A stretch of 64,000 nt of DNA from Balanoglossus misakiensis (lineage: Eukaryota > Animalia > Hemichordata). Of the stretch, positions 25,101 to 37,969 are shown piece after piece (within the stretch, counting starts at the first letter, position 1; the number at the start of each line of letters is the position of its first letter). The DNA lies in NCBI GenBank assembly GCA_040954595.2, contig CM082578.2, positions 6,185,519-6,249,518 on the forward strand. The letters are read 5' to 3'. Under the pieces are notes generated by a model that did not search any database, was not told the origin of the DNA, and saw nothing but the letters and a program-made list of their open reading frames with translations. A program made the position numbers and the translations under genes.

Positions 25101-27758
25101 TAGGAGAAAATATTATGATATGAGCTCATGATTTTTTTTTCTTTCAAATACACACTGTACAACGTTAATAAACCCCAGCTCGGAGGGAGATGGTGTTTGG
25201 GGATAATAATCATATCTTTTGAAAAACAAAAATTGCCATGTGGTATTTTTGGTTCTGTCTGTAGATTTTAGTTCTGGATTCACTGCTATCATGGGCCGGT
25301 GTGGTGGATGAATTAGACTTTGCACAGAGGTTGTCATATTGGTGCTACAACGGTTTTCCAGAGCTGGGAGACATTGGTCCCAACTTAGTGTGCAATACCA
25401 TAGCCAAGGTGAGTCTGTGTTTTCAGAACCCCAGCAATATCAAACCCAATCAAATATGAAATATTCTATATCCATACTATCTGTGTGTTTCCAGAGCTCG
25501 TAAATATTAATCTAATTAAACATGCACTATTGTTCCTGCATTGAATGTTTTTTTTTTATCTCAGTGAAATGGATAATTCCGGCCAGATGTTGCTAATACG
25601 CGTGCAGAGAATTTGCAATGTTGTGTTGATGGGGGGGGGGGGGGGGGGGGTACAGTTTACTGAGCTTGATATTTCCCATGATTGCATTCACTGACCAGGT
25701 GGTGTCCGATGGCAGATACTTGCAAGATCCCCATGGGGTGGCCAGGGCAATATGGTCCAAGCTCCACGACCAGGGAGAGGCTGGTTGCCATGACTTCTTT
25801 GCCGACAACGGGGCGGTGGTCAGGGCGGCCATCTTGGGCATCCCACAATTCCATGACTTCAAGGAAGTCACCCAGAATACTGCGAGGATATGTCAGGCCA
25901 CCCACTGGGACACCAGGTTTGGTTTCATTTTCTTCACAAAGACTTTGCTATTGCCATTTTAAAATGGGAAACATTGGCAGTTATAGTGAACATAAAAATG
26001 CCAAATGTTTGTGTTCACAGATTTCGCCAAAACTTAACATTGTGATAATTTTCATAGAAAATGATCCACTGTGGATGAAATGATTATTGAAACAGTTTTT
26101 GAAACATTTCGGTTCTCTGATTCACTTAATTTTAATGCTAGGACATATATGTTTTCATCAGGTTTGTGTGTACACAAGTTGAGAGCAATGTTTGTGAGAA
26201 AGTACACATATTTTGAGGTGAAGATTTGAGGCTTGTTCAAAATGCTGGGCTCCATTCATGAACAAACAAGAAACTCGGACTCGTTGCTGGTCCATCAGGC
26301 ACCCTTGCATGTGACATGTAAATGACGATGTGTTTCTTCTGCAGGTGTCGAGCTAGCTGTGTCGTCATCTCTGTCCTGATAGCCCAGATCCTGCAGGGAA
26401 AATGTGACATCAAGAATTCGTCGTCGGTGGAGGAAATCATCGGCGTTGCCAAGGAGACGGGAAAACAGTTCTTATCAGATGCCGGCTACATCAAGGATTA
26501 CAGCCAGCAGTTTACAGTGAAGGATTTTGACGGGTAAGACATCATTGCAGACGTGATTCGTAAAGTCCAGAGTGTATTGCCTGGAAAGTACCAGTCCAAG
26601 GTCCATTGACACAAAGGGCATTGATAGTAATAAATCACAGGCCGTACTGTGGTCTGTCTAGTGTGACCCTTTGGAAAGAATAAACATGTTTACTTTCTAT
26701 GCCACTGTTTGAAGAGGTTGACCGAGTTCTGAAGGCCCCTAAAGTGTTTATAAAAGCCATTACACTGCATGGCCAAAAAATATCATTTTGTCTCAGTAAC
26801 GTTATTATCACAAAAAGTACATGTAATCTCCTGAATTTTAAATATGCCCGAGATGATGTTTTATTTGTTCTGGCATTATTGCCATAAATAAACATCGTGG
26901 CTTCAAAATTTTACTGTTCTGTGATACTTGGCTGTGATTAAACGCTTGTTCACAAATCATGCCTGCTAATAGTCTGTCCACTCTGTTTATTTTCCCAATT
27001 CAGCGTTCGCTTTGGAGAACCCAACAGACAGAGTTACACTTTCAAACCGATGTCAGCAGCTATAGCAGCGCTCAGAATGCAGACGGACTTCAAGTAAGAG
27101 AGGTTTTTATCCCTTAGTGCTTCATATTCTTTCAGTGAAGTCATCAGATCCATTGAATCACTACACTTCTCTTGGCTGACTCTGTATTACTGGAAGTGGA
27201 GAGATTAAGCTTTTAGTTTATTTGAGCCTTGTGTCTATGAATCTGCAGTTAGCAATACGGTGTTCTTGTACATAACAAAATAGTGGTACCACATTTCAAA
27301 TGTAGTCATCACTAGGCAATGAATAGAAGGACTTTCTGAATTCCCCCATTTTGGTTTGGTTTTAATCCAATATGTCTGACTTGTGTATTAATCGACTTCA
27401 TAATGATGGAATTTGAGTTTGTGAATTTGAGGTTCCAAAACTTTACTTTTGCCGTCATCATGCATTCAACACTAAAGCTGTGATACAAATGTTGAAGTCA
27501 TTGTCATCCCATCCACCACCATGTCACATGTTCGTCATCTCTCCTTGTCGATCTTCCCACCACAGGACGGCCGTGAGCGAGGTTGTGATGCGAGGCGCCG
27601 ACAGCAACAGCAATGCCTGCGTGGTGGGCGCCGTACTGGGATGCGTCTGCGGCTACAGTCAGCTGCCCAAGGCATGGCTGGAGGGACTGCGACGCAGGGA
27701 AGTCGAGTTGCTCAACCACAAAGTCAACGCTCTGTTGGACATGATGGGAATTCCGTAG
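19181..27758 (+). CDS. Leucine-rich-repeat protein fused to a C-terminal ADP-ribosylglycohydrolase (ARH/DraG family) domain
   Basis: Exons 19181-19279, 21460-22039, 24053-24217, 24647-24822, 25265-25408, 25699-25916, 26345-26533, 27004-27093, 27566-27758 splice in frame. Starts MGNVEA. LRRs LxxLxLxxNxLxxLP; ARH motifs GAAIGDAIG, GDWTVDFDQM, DNGAVVR, ATHWD, GADSNSNACVVGAVLG...YSQLPKAW. Confidence 0.9.
19379..20561. mobile_element. Non-autonomous PIF/Harbinger-like element (about 1.18 kb) in an intron of the LRR-ARH gene
   Basis: TIR core CTTTCTCACGTG (19384-19395) / CACGTGAGAAAG (20545-20556); TAA at 19376-19378 and 20562-20564; internal CACGTGTGAA subterminal repeats. Confidence 0.75.
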
Positions 27759-30699
27759 CGCTGTTTGCGTTCATCTGTGATGGTCTGTTGCTGCGGTGGT
27801 GTCCATGGCAACAAGGACAGATGCGATTATCACAGTGTATTTGACGGAGTGTGTACTACTTCCACCTTTTTTTCCCCATCAGTAAGAACTGATTTGGGTG
27901 ATGATACTGAGTGAGGTGTCAAGATTGCACTGTATAGAATATCAGGTATGTGTATGGGTACCATTACACGCGACCAAGAGACAAGAAGAAAATACATCTG
28001 CTGATGTTTGCTGCTTGCCAATCTAGTCTGAGGAGACAATCATTAAATCACAATCATTTTCTGACATTAAAATCAATTTCAGTGAGATGGACGTTCAAAA
28101 TATAATATGCAATTTAGACACAGGTTTCATATCACAAATTATCCACGTTTTGTAGAAAAGAATAACTTTGGCTTTTTTATTTTTCACAACAGCGCCCCCA
28201 AGTGGCAGTTCTTCTATTTTAACATGGGTGATATATAATTTATTAAAATTAAGTTTTCAAACAGTAGCAACTCTACCATTTTAAACAAGGATGATAATTT
28301 AACAGTTTTCAAAAGTGATGCTTAAATTCTAAATATAAATCACTTCCGTGTAAATTAACTTGCAACTTGTGGATATTCTGTCCCCATCACAATCATCAAG
28401 AAGTCTGTTGAGGATTTCATTGATTCAAAACGGTGCTACATTGTTTTCTGCTGATTTGGCTGAAGGAGCATCTTTTCTATTGTACTCAGATTATCCATTT
28501 TAATTATTAGTTTTTTCTCTTGCTTAAAGCAAGCTGTACTACCACAACAAATCAGATTTGTTGGCTCCTTATACTAGGTAGAAATTTTAGCCGCTTTTGG
28601 GTACCGTGTTTTTCTTGCCAAACGATAAAATCTGTTGGTGCATTACTTTTAATCAATCAGTTTGCTTCCAAATAGAGTGGGCTTCTCAGGCAAAACATGA
28701 TAATGCTTGATTTTTGATTATACCGGTAATAAAAAAAACAATAAATCTGAAATACTTTTATTCGCTTCAACCCTTAAAAACAGCGAGTAAAATTTTGTTT
28801 TTCCAATCAACTGGACAATATTAATTAATACCCACAGATCTCAGTAGCTCTTACAGCCCAGCAATTTCCTGTAAATTACCTCAGTTTGATTGGGCAAATG
28901 CCTGAGTTCGAAAATTATGAACGGGAGAATTGACAAATCTCTCAAAAGAGAACAAGAAATGCTTATAATAAACAAACATCATCTGTCAGTGACTTACGAT
29001 GCTGTCTGAGTTTCGCAGCTTTACGTTTAAATTATTTCAACACCACTTCACTCCAGACTTGTGTGAAAATCACAGTTCTTGTAAAGTTATATTTTAGGCA
29101 TCAAGAACAATATACGAAAGTGGATTTTTCAAAACTTCTAGATTTGGCCTTGACATTACCAGTTGGTAAGCAGATATTGTACGCAAACAAATGTGTTTAT
29201 GTAGATAAGCATTGCGCCAAACGAGGACTATGTACATTGGAGATTGTTGCTTCCGGTGTTCATATTTTTGTTTTGCAGTCATAAATGTTTGGAATAAGCA
29301 TAAATGTATAGAGATTTTTGGCCTGTGACAAATCTCTTCCTCGATGTATTAAACAGGTGTTTAGACAAAGTGATCGCAGCTCTAACTTTCTGAATGAAAC
29401 AATACAAAGTGCAATTTTGGAATGAGAAGATTTAATCCGACCTAATGGTTATATTTTCTACTGATGAACTTTCTATTGTAATGGTGATAATATAAAGGCT
29501 CTAAGAATTGCTGGCATCTACCCAACGTTATTGTTGTGTACATGTGCAAATAATGAAATTAATTATTTAAAGAATATATTGAATAATCATCAGAACTATA
29601 ATTTCCAAATAATTTTATTGTCATTATCACTTGGAACTTGACTACATTTCAGGTGTAATGTGATGATACGATCGATTTACATTAAATCAGTTTACAGTGT
29701 ATTGATTCAGTGATCAAATTTTAGACAGGTGCATTGGATGGTGAATTAAGAAATCCTTTGAATCACTGCCGGCATTACGCTGCCAGTCCAACTGGTGTCA
29801 ATCCACAGAGATTCAGTGTTTTTTTTCCTAGCAGTTATTTCCTCCACAGAGATCAGAATGAAGTTTTCGAGTGTGCAGGCAAGACGTTCCTTGTTTCTTC
29901 CTTGTCAGGGAAAATTTTTCAATGCAGTTCACTACAGAGAGTCTGACTGTTGCATACTCATGCAGTAGCAGTGTGCACGTTCATACAACCATACAGACAG
30001 CCATCCCTAGTATTGCCTTACGACTTCTCAGGATCACGATTTGTTGCACAACTCAAATCGCAGCTGTCTTTATTTCAGAATCATTGTACAATTATGCCAC
30101 ATGTTCTACGTGACCCTGCACAATACCATACAATGAAAACAGACAGACCACAATGCAGCTTTATGGATTATGTAAATGATTGACATCAAATTCTGTTTAC
30201 ATGTAATATTTTGCCGTTTCATTTTCTCATATTCACCTAACAGCAACATGGAATATTTTTTTTTTGCAACTCTTGAGGTGTTTTGTCAATATTTTCAAGT
30301 GGAATGAAATAAATATGCTGCTTTGAATATTGCAGAACTCAGTTTTGTGTTTCCTTGGTAACCCAAAAAAGTTTCTCCATCCTTAGTGTTTATTGTGTCA
30401 TCAAATGAGATGCTGTACTTTGACAAATTCACATCACTTGACTCATTATTCATCAGTGATGATTACTTTCAATGCGAGAATATTTTATCCATCATTTTGT
30501 TTGTATTTTGAGGATTCATAACTGATTTTCTTCCAGTCAAAAAGAGACATTAAAATTTTTCGTAATGAAAAGACATTTTCGATATTTACTTTTCTCTGTG
30601 AATTCTTGTTCTGTTCTCTAAAAGCTTGCTAAGTATTTGTCTGGTCATCTGCTTATATTAACATAAGAGTCAGTTGTTTTTGGTTCATTTTCCAAAACC

Positions 30700-33600
30700 T
30701 CAGGGCATGATGTAATGTGGGTCGATGATGTCTGGCATGTACGAGTGGTTATGCCACAACCGTTCTTCAACTACAGTGTCACTCCAAGATGAAAGACGAC
30801 TGGCTATGAAGAATGTGGACTCTGCAAAACAAATAAAATGGAAAACATGTCTGTTGAAATACAGTGAAACCTGTCTATTAAGGACATCTCTGGGACCAGA
30901 AAATCTGTTTTAAAAGCCTCTATAGCTGCCAAATTTCACATATTTTTTCCAAAGTAAAATACTTCGAATATATTCCCTATCCTCTAAAATCATCACCATT
31001 AAGCCATATTATTTGCTTCAGTTTGTCATCTCTCAAGAAAGCTACAGGTAGTCACAACACATTCATTTTGAAAACAAAGGCATTGCCAGGAATGTCAGTG
31101 AGCGTGCATTAGTGTAGCATGAATGGCAATGAGGTTTTGTTTTTTGATTAATGTTTCCAGTATTTTCATTCAAATTGTATCTTGTATCTACTGCAAGTTC
31201 TTGTTCTACTCACTATGACATGTCCATTGTGCTGCTTTTCATCACAGCTATATACGTATAATCACTGATGTTATTCTTTACAACTGAATTTAAGTTGAGA
31301 CTAAAATTCAAACAAAAACTCATTCACAGCACATCTCACCTCTACAAATTTCTTGTTCAACCAGAGATGTCTTGTAATTATCTCCTTTTAATTTCCAAAA
31401 AGCTGGCTGTGAACTTGAGATGAGGTCACTGATTGTATAAAAACCTGGTATTGTTGAGTAAAGGTGCTGTAATACTGGATTCTAGAAGAAAATTAAACAA
31501 GTCTTAATTTATATTTTAAAGTATCAAAGGGATATAAGCAGCTGACTTTTAATAGTGCCAACTCAAGGAACTGTGATTGCCTGCAATCATGTTCTTGCAA
31601 ATGAAGACATTAGTGCTAAGAAAATGCTGTGAAAAGTCTGTTGGCTTAATCCCAACACATACCATGGTAGGCTGTACAATTATCTGTACTGTAGTCACAA
31701 AACTCCTACCTCGACTGACAGAGTAGATGCAAAATAGAGTGAAGTTACATTGAACTGCTTCATGTAGGACAGGAAGACATTGGAGATGTTGCTATGGGAT
31801 ACGTTGAACATGATGCACACGTTGTAATGTAGTAGGTCACACCTATTAAAAGAGAAAAGGGTATAAATTACGAAAAATGATGTATGTATGTTTGTTGTGT
31901 TGTGTTCATTATTATTTATGAATACGACTAAAAGTAAGAATATTCTGCACAGCAAACTAAAGCATTGAAAAATTGCTAGGTCTTAATCTTGCAAGGAGAA
32001 AAATGAGACTGGGGAGGAAGATGCAGGAACAATGATATGCTTTTTCACTTTCAAACTGGAACTATAGGCACCGGGAAACACATTCACAATATTTCCAAAG
32101 TGGATAAAAAGTATTGAAAACCCTCAGAATCTATTATTTGTCAATTTTACCTTACAAGATATTTCAGTATTTGGTATATAAACAATTCTTTTTCTAATTT
32201 ACCCCCCCCCCCCACACCCCCACCCCCCGTGAATGTAGATATAGGTGGGGTAGATAAAACAGTTTGGCGGTCAGGTGCGAATGCGTGGAGGAAAACGGTA
32301 AACAACTCACCAAAAGGATTTGTATTCCGCATTGAATCTCCAGTGAACAGCTATGTACGGACCGCCTCCCAGAACTTTCTGAACGAAAGTTGCTGCCATT
32401 CGTCGAATTGGGGGCGCTCTGCGGACGTGCCTCGCAAACGTCTCCAAATACTCGCCGTACCAAAATCTCTTCCACATCCCGTAGGCGTATACCATGGCAA
32501 CACAGCGGGACTTCGATTCAAACTTTCGTTTTGACATTTCAAGGAATTTGTTGAGCGGCATATTCTTTTTCGGGATGTCGTTCACGGGTAGACCGATTAT
32601 AGTAGTACTGTTGCCGCTGTTGAAATCGGGGAATGAAATTCCTGTGGCGTTCGAGAAACGAGTGTTGATGTCTCTGTTCAGACTCGAAAAGGTGCCCCTG
32701 TATTCGCGCTCTGACATCGCCCAAGTATGGTTGATGGCGTGCAGAACAACCTCCACTCCCCGCGGACACTGCGCTTTGAACTCCTCCATCGTCGCCACGG
32801 GCAACAGTTTCCCCAGCAACGCAGTATCCAGAGTGTCGTTGAATGGTCTAAAGTCGCTCAAACCCAGAGTGAAGTGGTTGTAGAAAGGTGACGTCACCAA
32901 AGTTCTGTTTCTGTGCATGGCGTAAGCAATGGTCGATTTCAGAGCCTGCAGTTGGTTGTTAGGGCCTTGGTTTCCGAGCATGACGGGTAAAATATACTTC
33001 TTGGTGGACTGTAAAGTGACTGCTTTTGTTTGTTTCACAGTGTTCTGTTGCATGAAGGAGAAACACCAATAAAACGGTGACGTTACCACCATATTCATTT
33101 ATTAACTAGAAGGCGAGAACCTAAGAATTCGAAATAAAATATAGTAAAGTATATTTGCGATTGAAATTTCAAATTAAACGCACTTGTCATTCAAACACAT
33201 TTCAGGTATCTCCTACTAGTGCTATTGGCACGACCGGACATATATGCCCATAGTCCAGACCGGAGCAGTCACTGTGATTTAGATGGACACACTGCGGCCT
33301 GGATACCAGACTAGAATGCCCAGTGATTCATCCGCGCACGTGTGCCTACTTTTAAAGATATTTTAATGGAATTTTTTAGTGGACATCATATGAAAATATA
33401 AAACGTGTCATGTTTGTCTGAAGTTATGTTGATCTGTGCCTTACTTGTCAGTAAAGACAGAAATTGATGTCCCGACAACCCAGTTTTAAATAAAATGATT
33501 ATTCATATTACGGAAGTACAATGTAGCTGCAGCATGTTTCTAATACTAAACTTGAACGAATTTTAGGGGGGGTGTGATTAATAAACTCGGGATGATATTA

Positions 33601-34333
33601 AAGCAGGTGCTGCGACTGTATGCTGTTAAGAGCTGGTCTCAAGTGTTCTGGTTCTGTTTGGACTTTGGTCGGCGGCAGACTCGATCTCGCAAGTTTCTTA
33701 TTTCCTTCCTACAACATCGTGAGCGTTCTCCACCAACCCCCTTTTCAAATTCATCATATCGCGAATAGCGAATTACATTGAGTGAATTTAAGCTCGCTTA
33801 GTACTGTAACTATTCCCAGAATTAAACTGATTGAAAATGGAAAAAAAATGCGATATTTTGAATTACTCCATAAATGTTGGTGGATTAAAACATCGGCTCA
33901 CGAATCGGTGTAAATAGTTTACCTTTGATTTCGAGGTGGCAGCAGTGACGGCCTCCAATTCCCCATCTCGAAAAGTCGTGCTCATAATTTCTCCATTTGT
34001 GTGATCCTTGTTGATCCGATCCGTTTCCGGCTTGCTGATTTCTTGATCAGTTGTTTTCATTTCATAAGGCAGACTGTGCGACAAGCTTGCCGAACGTTCA
34101 AGTGCACGCGCTGCATTCTCGATGAGACGCACCGACCCTCTGATGTCGCCTACTGTCCATAGTTGCTTGCTCGGCCTGCTAGAATTCATACTCGCCGTGA
34201 AATTTAAATTCAACCACAGAATATTTACCATCAGTGATGCGAATGTAACCAAGGTGACGTACAGAACACATCCCTTCGGAGTTTTCATCATCGCAGCCAC
34301 AGAAACTGACAAACGAATGCTAGCTGTGTCCAT
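30700..34333 (-). CDS. GDP-fucose O-fucosyltransferase family (O-FucT, POFUT-like) type II membrane glycosyltransferase
   Basis: Exons 34333-33923, 33044-32311, 31842-31710, 31481-31340, 30821-30700. N-terminal TM (VLYVTLVTFASLMVNILWL) and stem, then QGPNNQL, YIAVHWR, LVEQEIC and FIASRLSSWSDTVVEER motifs typical of O-FucT proteins. The start may instead be the Met at about 34291. Confidence 0.82.
33251..33313. mobile_element. Tiny degenerate TAG...CTA MITE remnant
   Basis: tagtccagaccg...cggcctggataccagacta with flanks atatgccca / gaatgccca (7 of 9 identical). Confidence 0.45.
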
Positions 34334-35965
34334 CACAAGCTATACCCGGGCACGCGATTCTTTACATGCGAGTCGCACAAACAGGTAAAAAATAGTGGCT
34401 GGGATGTGCATCGTGTACCCACTTCACAAAGTCATATACAAATAATTTCAATGGCATTTTAATTTCCATATTTTACAGATAACAGCTGCAACGTAATATA
34501 AAAGTTCCAGCAACTTGCGTACGTGGACATGTGGTTGAGTAGGGGAACGCGACGTGGCCGGTTTTTGTGTACCAGCTGGTTCTGTCGAAATGGGCGAAGC
34601 TGCTTATTGCTATCTCAGACATATTTTAGTCAATTTTGTGTCACGTGATAAGGAAACATCTTTAAAGGTTCTTGTGACGATGACTAACGGGACATGACAT
34701 CTGCTCTCTCACACCTCTTTGGAATTACATATAGCAAATTACATATAAGCGACTTAAATTTATGCTGCATTCTAATTATGCATTCGACGTGATGAGTGAC
34801 GACGTAACGGCATTAATATAGAAATAAATAATATTTTTTACAAGAATCAATAATAACCAAAATGTCATGCTAAGTCGTTGGGACTCACTTCTTACGTTCA
34901 CCCAGGTTTTACAGTACGGAAATATATAGCTATTCTAGGGAGAGCTTTGTCTCGAGTTTCATATATTCTCGATTCTCACTTTTGAAATTATAATCTTGTG
35001 TAACAGGCTACTTTAATGACCTCTGTGTGACCTTAGAGCCCTGGAAATCTGTTGGTATGAGTTTACCAGCCATTTTAATTTTAAACACTGAGACCGCCAT
35101 CCTTATCATTTAATTTGTACAATATCACTCATCAATAGAACAAAAGTTTGAATTTTGTCTTATACAAGTGAGTGATTTATAAAGCCTATAGGTCACTCGT
35201 GGGTCATGCAAATAGCCTTTTGGAAAAACGGGAACGATGCTTCATGATGGAGTGCGCGACATTTTACAGGAAACTGTGCACATATAAGAAGCTTCAATTT
35301 TGGTCTATGTCTACTTTTTATAGGGATATAGCATGTGTAAATAACACTGATAATTGCCGTACTTGGGATTCTATTTTAATCATGACTGAACTATTTTTAT
35401 TGCATACATGAATAACTTGAAGGTAATGATTGCGCCATTGTTTGAGCAAAACAAAATGACTAAATACATTGATTTGCATAGCAGACGTACTCTGCTGAGA
35501 ATTTTACCCATTCTATCACATAAAGCTGTCCACAAATCATGTGACTATCATGTGACATTTGTTCAAATTGCACAATTTCCATGCCATGTCCTTATGTAGT
35601 TTTGACCATCGGTTTTGCACCAATATGTCACCACATTCTAGGCAATACATATATCGGAACAGTTTGTAACCACGTACATTTCACGTCATACATCTCACGT
35701 CTCTCATCCAAGGTCATCTCAGGTCACATCACCAAGTGGGTGTGCCCCAACCGGGAAGACACACGTCATTCCATTACTGAAAAAAATTTCTGGGACTACA
35801 CCAATCTCAGCCTTCTGTAAACTCTCAGTAAAAATCATTGAAACAGAGACTCACTTTTTAAGTGTATCATCACATTTTAATCACACATAGAATATGACAT
35901 ACGGTAGTGAAAAAATATTCGTTTTGAAGGTACTTATAAATAGATAAAATAGGCTCTACGTTGTT

Positions 35966-35978
35966 AATAAATAAATAA
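35966..35978 (-). promoter_or_regulatory. AU-rich element (UUAUUUAUUUAUU) in the putative 3' UTR of the micro-gene
   Basis: Reverse complement of aataaataaataa; a candidate ATTAAA polyA signal follows at 35876-35881. Confidence 0.45.
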
Positions 35979-36672
35979 GCTTTCACATAAAAATATTTAC
36001 ATTCATGTTGGTAAAGTCAGTGTAAATATAACATCAAGTGTGTGGTTATTTTGGCAAGTACTTTAAGTGGACGTTTTTTTCTGATATTCACATTTGGTTG
36101 TCTTCGGGTTTTTGTGAGACAAATACACACCGATGTCCATCATTAAAGACACTTATGCCATACTTAGAGCTCAAAAACTGTAAACTGCTTTTAGCATCAT
36201 GAAAGATACGTGTCAGTAATTAAGAGCTCAGAAATTGTGCAATGCTTAAATCGTTTCCTTCGGTTCATAACGAAAAATGGCAGCTCTTTTGTATCACCTG
36301 CATGCAATCCACGGTCGCGTCAAGGGCAACAGTGACGTCAATGTAAATGTTCAAAAAGGGTCTCAATTTCAGCTTGACAAAAAAGGATTGTTGAAATGCA
36401 AAGAAATGTTTTGTTCTGGAGACATCTGAATGTCAATCCCGGGCGCTGTCGATATTGCTCATCTGCAAGGCCAAGGGCAGAGCACAAAGCCCGTCCACAT
36501 TTCCTCTGTCAGTCAGTCAGGAAGAAAGGACTCCTTATAATCCATCCCGACGTGACACCTTCTCCGAGTGGATTTCATTCGACAATCCACAATTGTCCCC
36601 TCCACCGCATATCGCAGACGTAATCCGGGTAATTTTGAGTTTATGACGTCATTCAGAGACGCCCTTCTTATG

Positions 36673-37739
36673 TCAGTCCTCCACGTCGTGTTTTGTACCC
36701 CGCAACCATTGTAGCGAGGATTGGAGGTATTTTGCAACACCGTGGAGCTCGTTGCTGACGCCCTCAACCTTGTCGGGGTGTGGCGCGTGCACTACCTCTT
36801 CAGCCTGTGTGAAACAAGTAAAAAAGGGGAAAATATATGAATATTTCAATATATGAATATTTCAACGTCTAGAATGTTCTGAACCAAGCGAGTTAAAAAT
36901 AGCGATATCAACTAGCCTAGTCCGGGTAAACAACTAGCCTAGTGGTAAACAACTATTAGTACTGCAGTGACACAGTAGTGACCTTACGGTGACCTTGAAA
37001 TAGCACGCAGAAGGTGCGCTATCGAATCCCGAGGATGTGATTCCAAATTTCCAGGTTTGGAATGACACACCCATTTCCCAGACACGTCCACAATAAATAG
37101 CAGGATGAGTCTTAATCAGAGATCGTCTCCAACCCACACGTAAGCCACGTACCGTTATCACCACGCAATTTCCCGGCCAGACGGAGACCGACATCACGTG
37201 CATGTCATATGACTGACAGTCGCCCAAGTATCCCGACATTCGGGAAATTTCTACTTTCTCCGAGCTTGCCGCTCACTGAAATTTTTCACGATCGCATTGG
37301 CATTTAAGGGTGACTTTTAGCCCTTGTGATGGCCCTAAATCCCCACAGATACGCGATTCGGGTTGTGTTACACGCATAGGCATAAACGCGTCACGGCGTA
37401 GTTGTAATGATACAGGCAAAGTAGCTTTGCGTGTCGGAGTCTGTGTTTAATCGTACCGGTTCATAGCGAGTGTCCGACCACGTCAGGCTTAGCTGCGCCG
37501 CTGCCCAACCCCGGACACTCTCGGCTTTACCGGCAGAACAGCGCAGCAGCCCTGCACGCAGATCTAAATTGCCGTAGTAGGAGAGACCAAATTCTGTTGA
37601 ATATTCTTACCTGATGATTGTCACATATATGTGGCACGTTATGATCGGCTTTCACCAACATCGGTACGGGATCAAAGCCCGGCGCCGCAAATCCGAACAA
37701 GGCGAATTTACATGCATCGAGTCGTCTTTGCTCAGCCAT
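36673..37739 (-). CDS. Two-exon gene encoding an 86-aa uncharacterised microprotein
   Basis: Exon 1 at 37739-37611 (ggaATGG context, ends CAG|GTAAG) and exon 2 at 36804-36673 (pyrimidine tract then CAG|) join in phase 0: MAEQRRLDACKFALFGFAAPGFDPVPMLVKADHNVPHICDNHQAEEVVHAPHPDKVEGVSNELHGVAKYLQSSLQWLRGTKHDVED*. Confidence 0.65.
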
Positions 37740-37847
37740 TCCTATAATTTTACAGCGGTTCGTTGCTTCTTCGACTTGTATATTCACTTTATGCGTTCAG
37801 TTTCGTAGTCGTGTAGATAAATCGGTTCTCCCCCGTACTGCGCTTGT

Positions 37848-37969
37848 TTTTATAGAGAGACGACGTCATTAGGGTGACGTCACGCGATTCGAATTGGAAA
37901 GGAGAGGGGAATAAACAAAATAGTCGCGTAGGTCTAGGTCGATTCAGATATCCACATCTCTGTGATTGG
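37848..37969 (-). promoter_or_regulatory. TATA box, two CRE sites and two CCAAT boxes upstream of the micro-gene
   Basis: Minus-strand TATAAAA at 37848-37854; perfect TGACGTCA at 37875-37882 and a 7/8 site at 37861-37868; CCAAT at 37893-37897 and 37965-37969. Confidence 0.7.
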
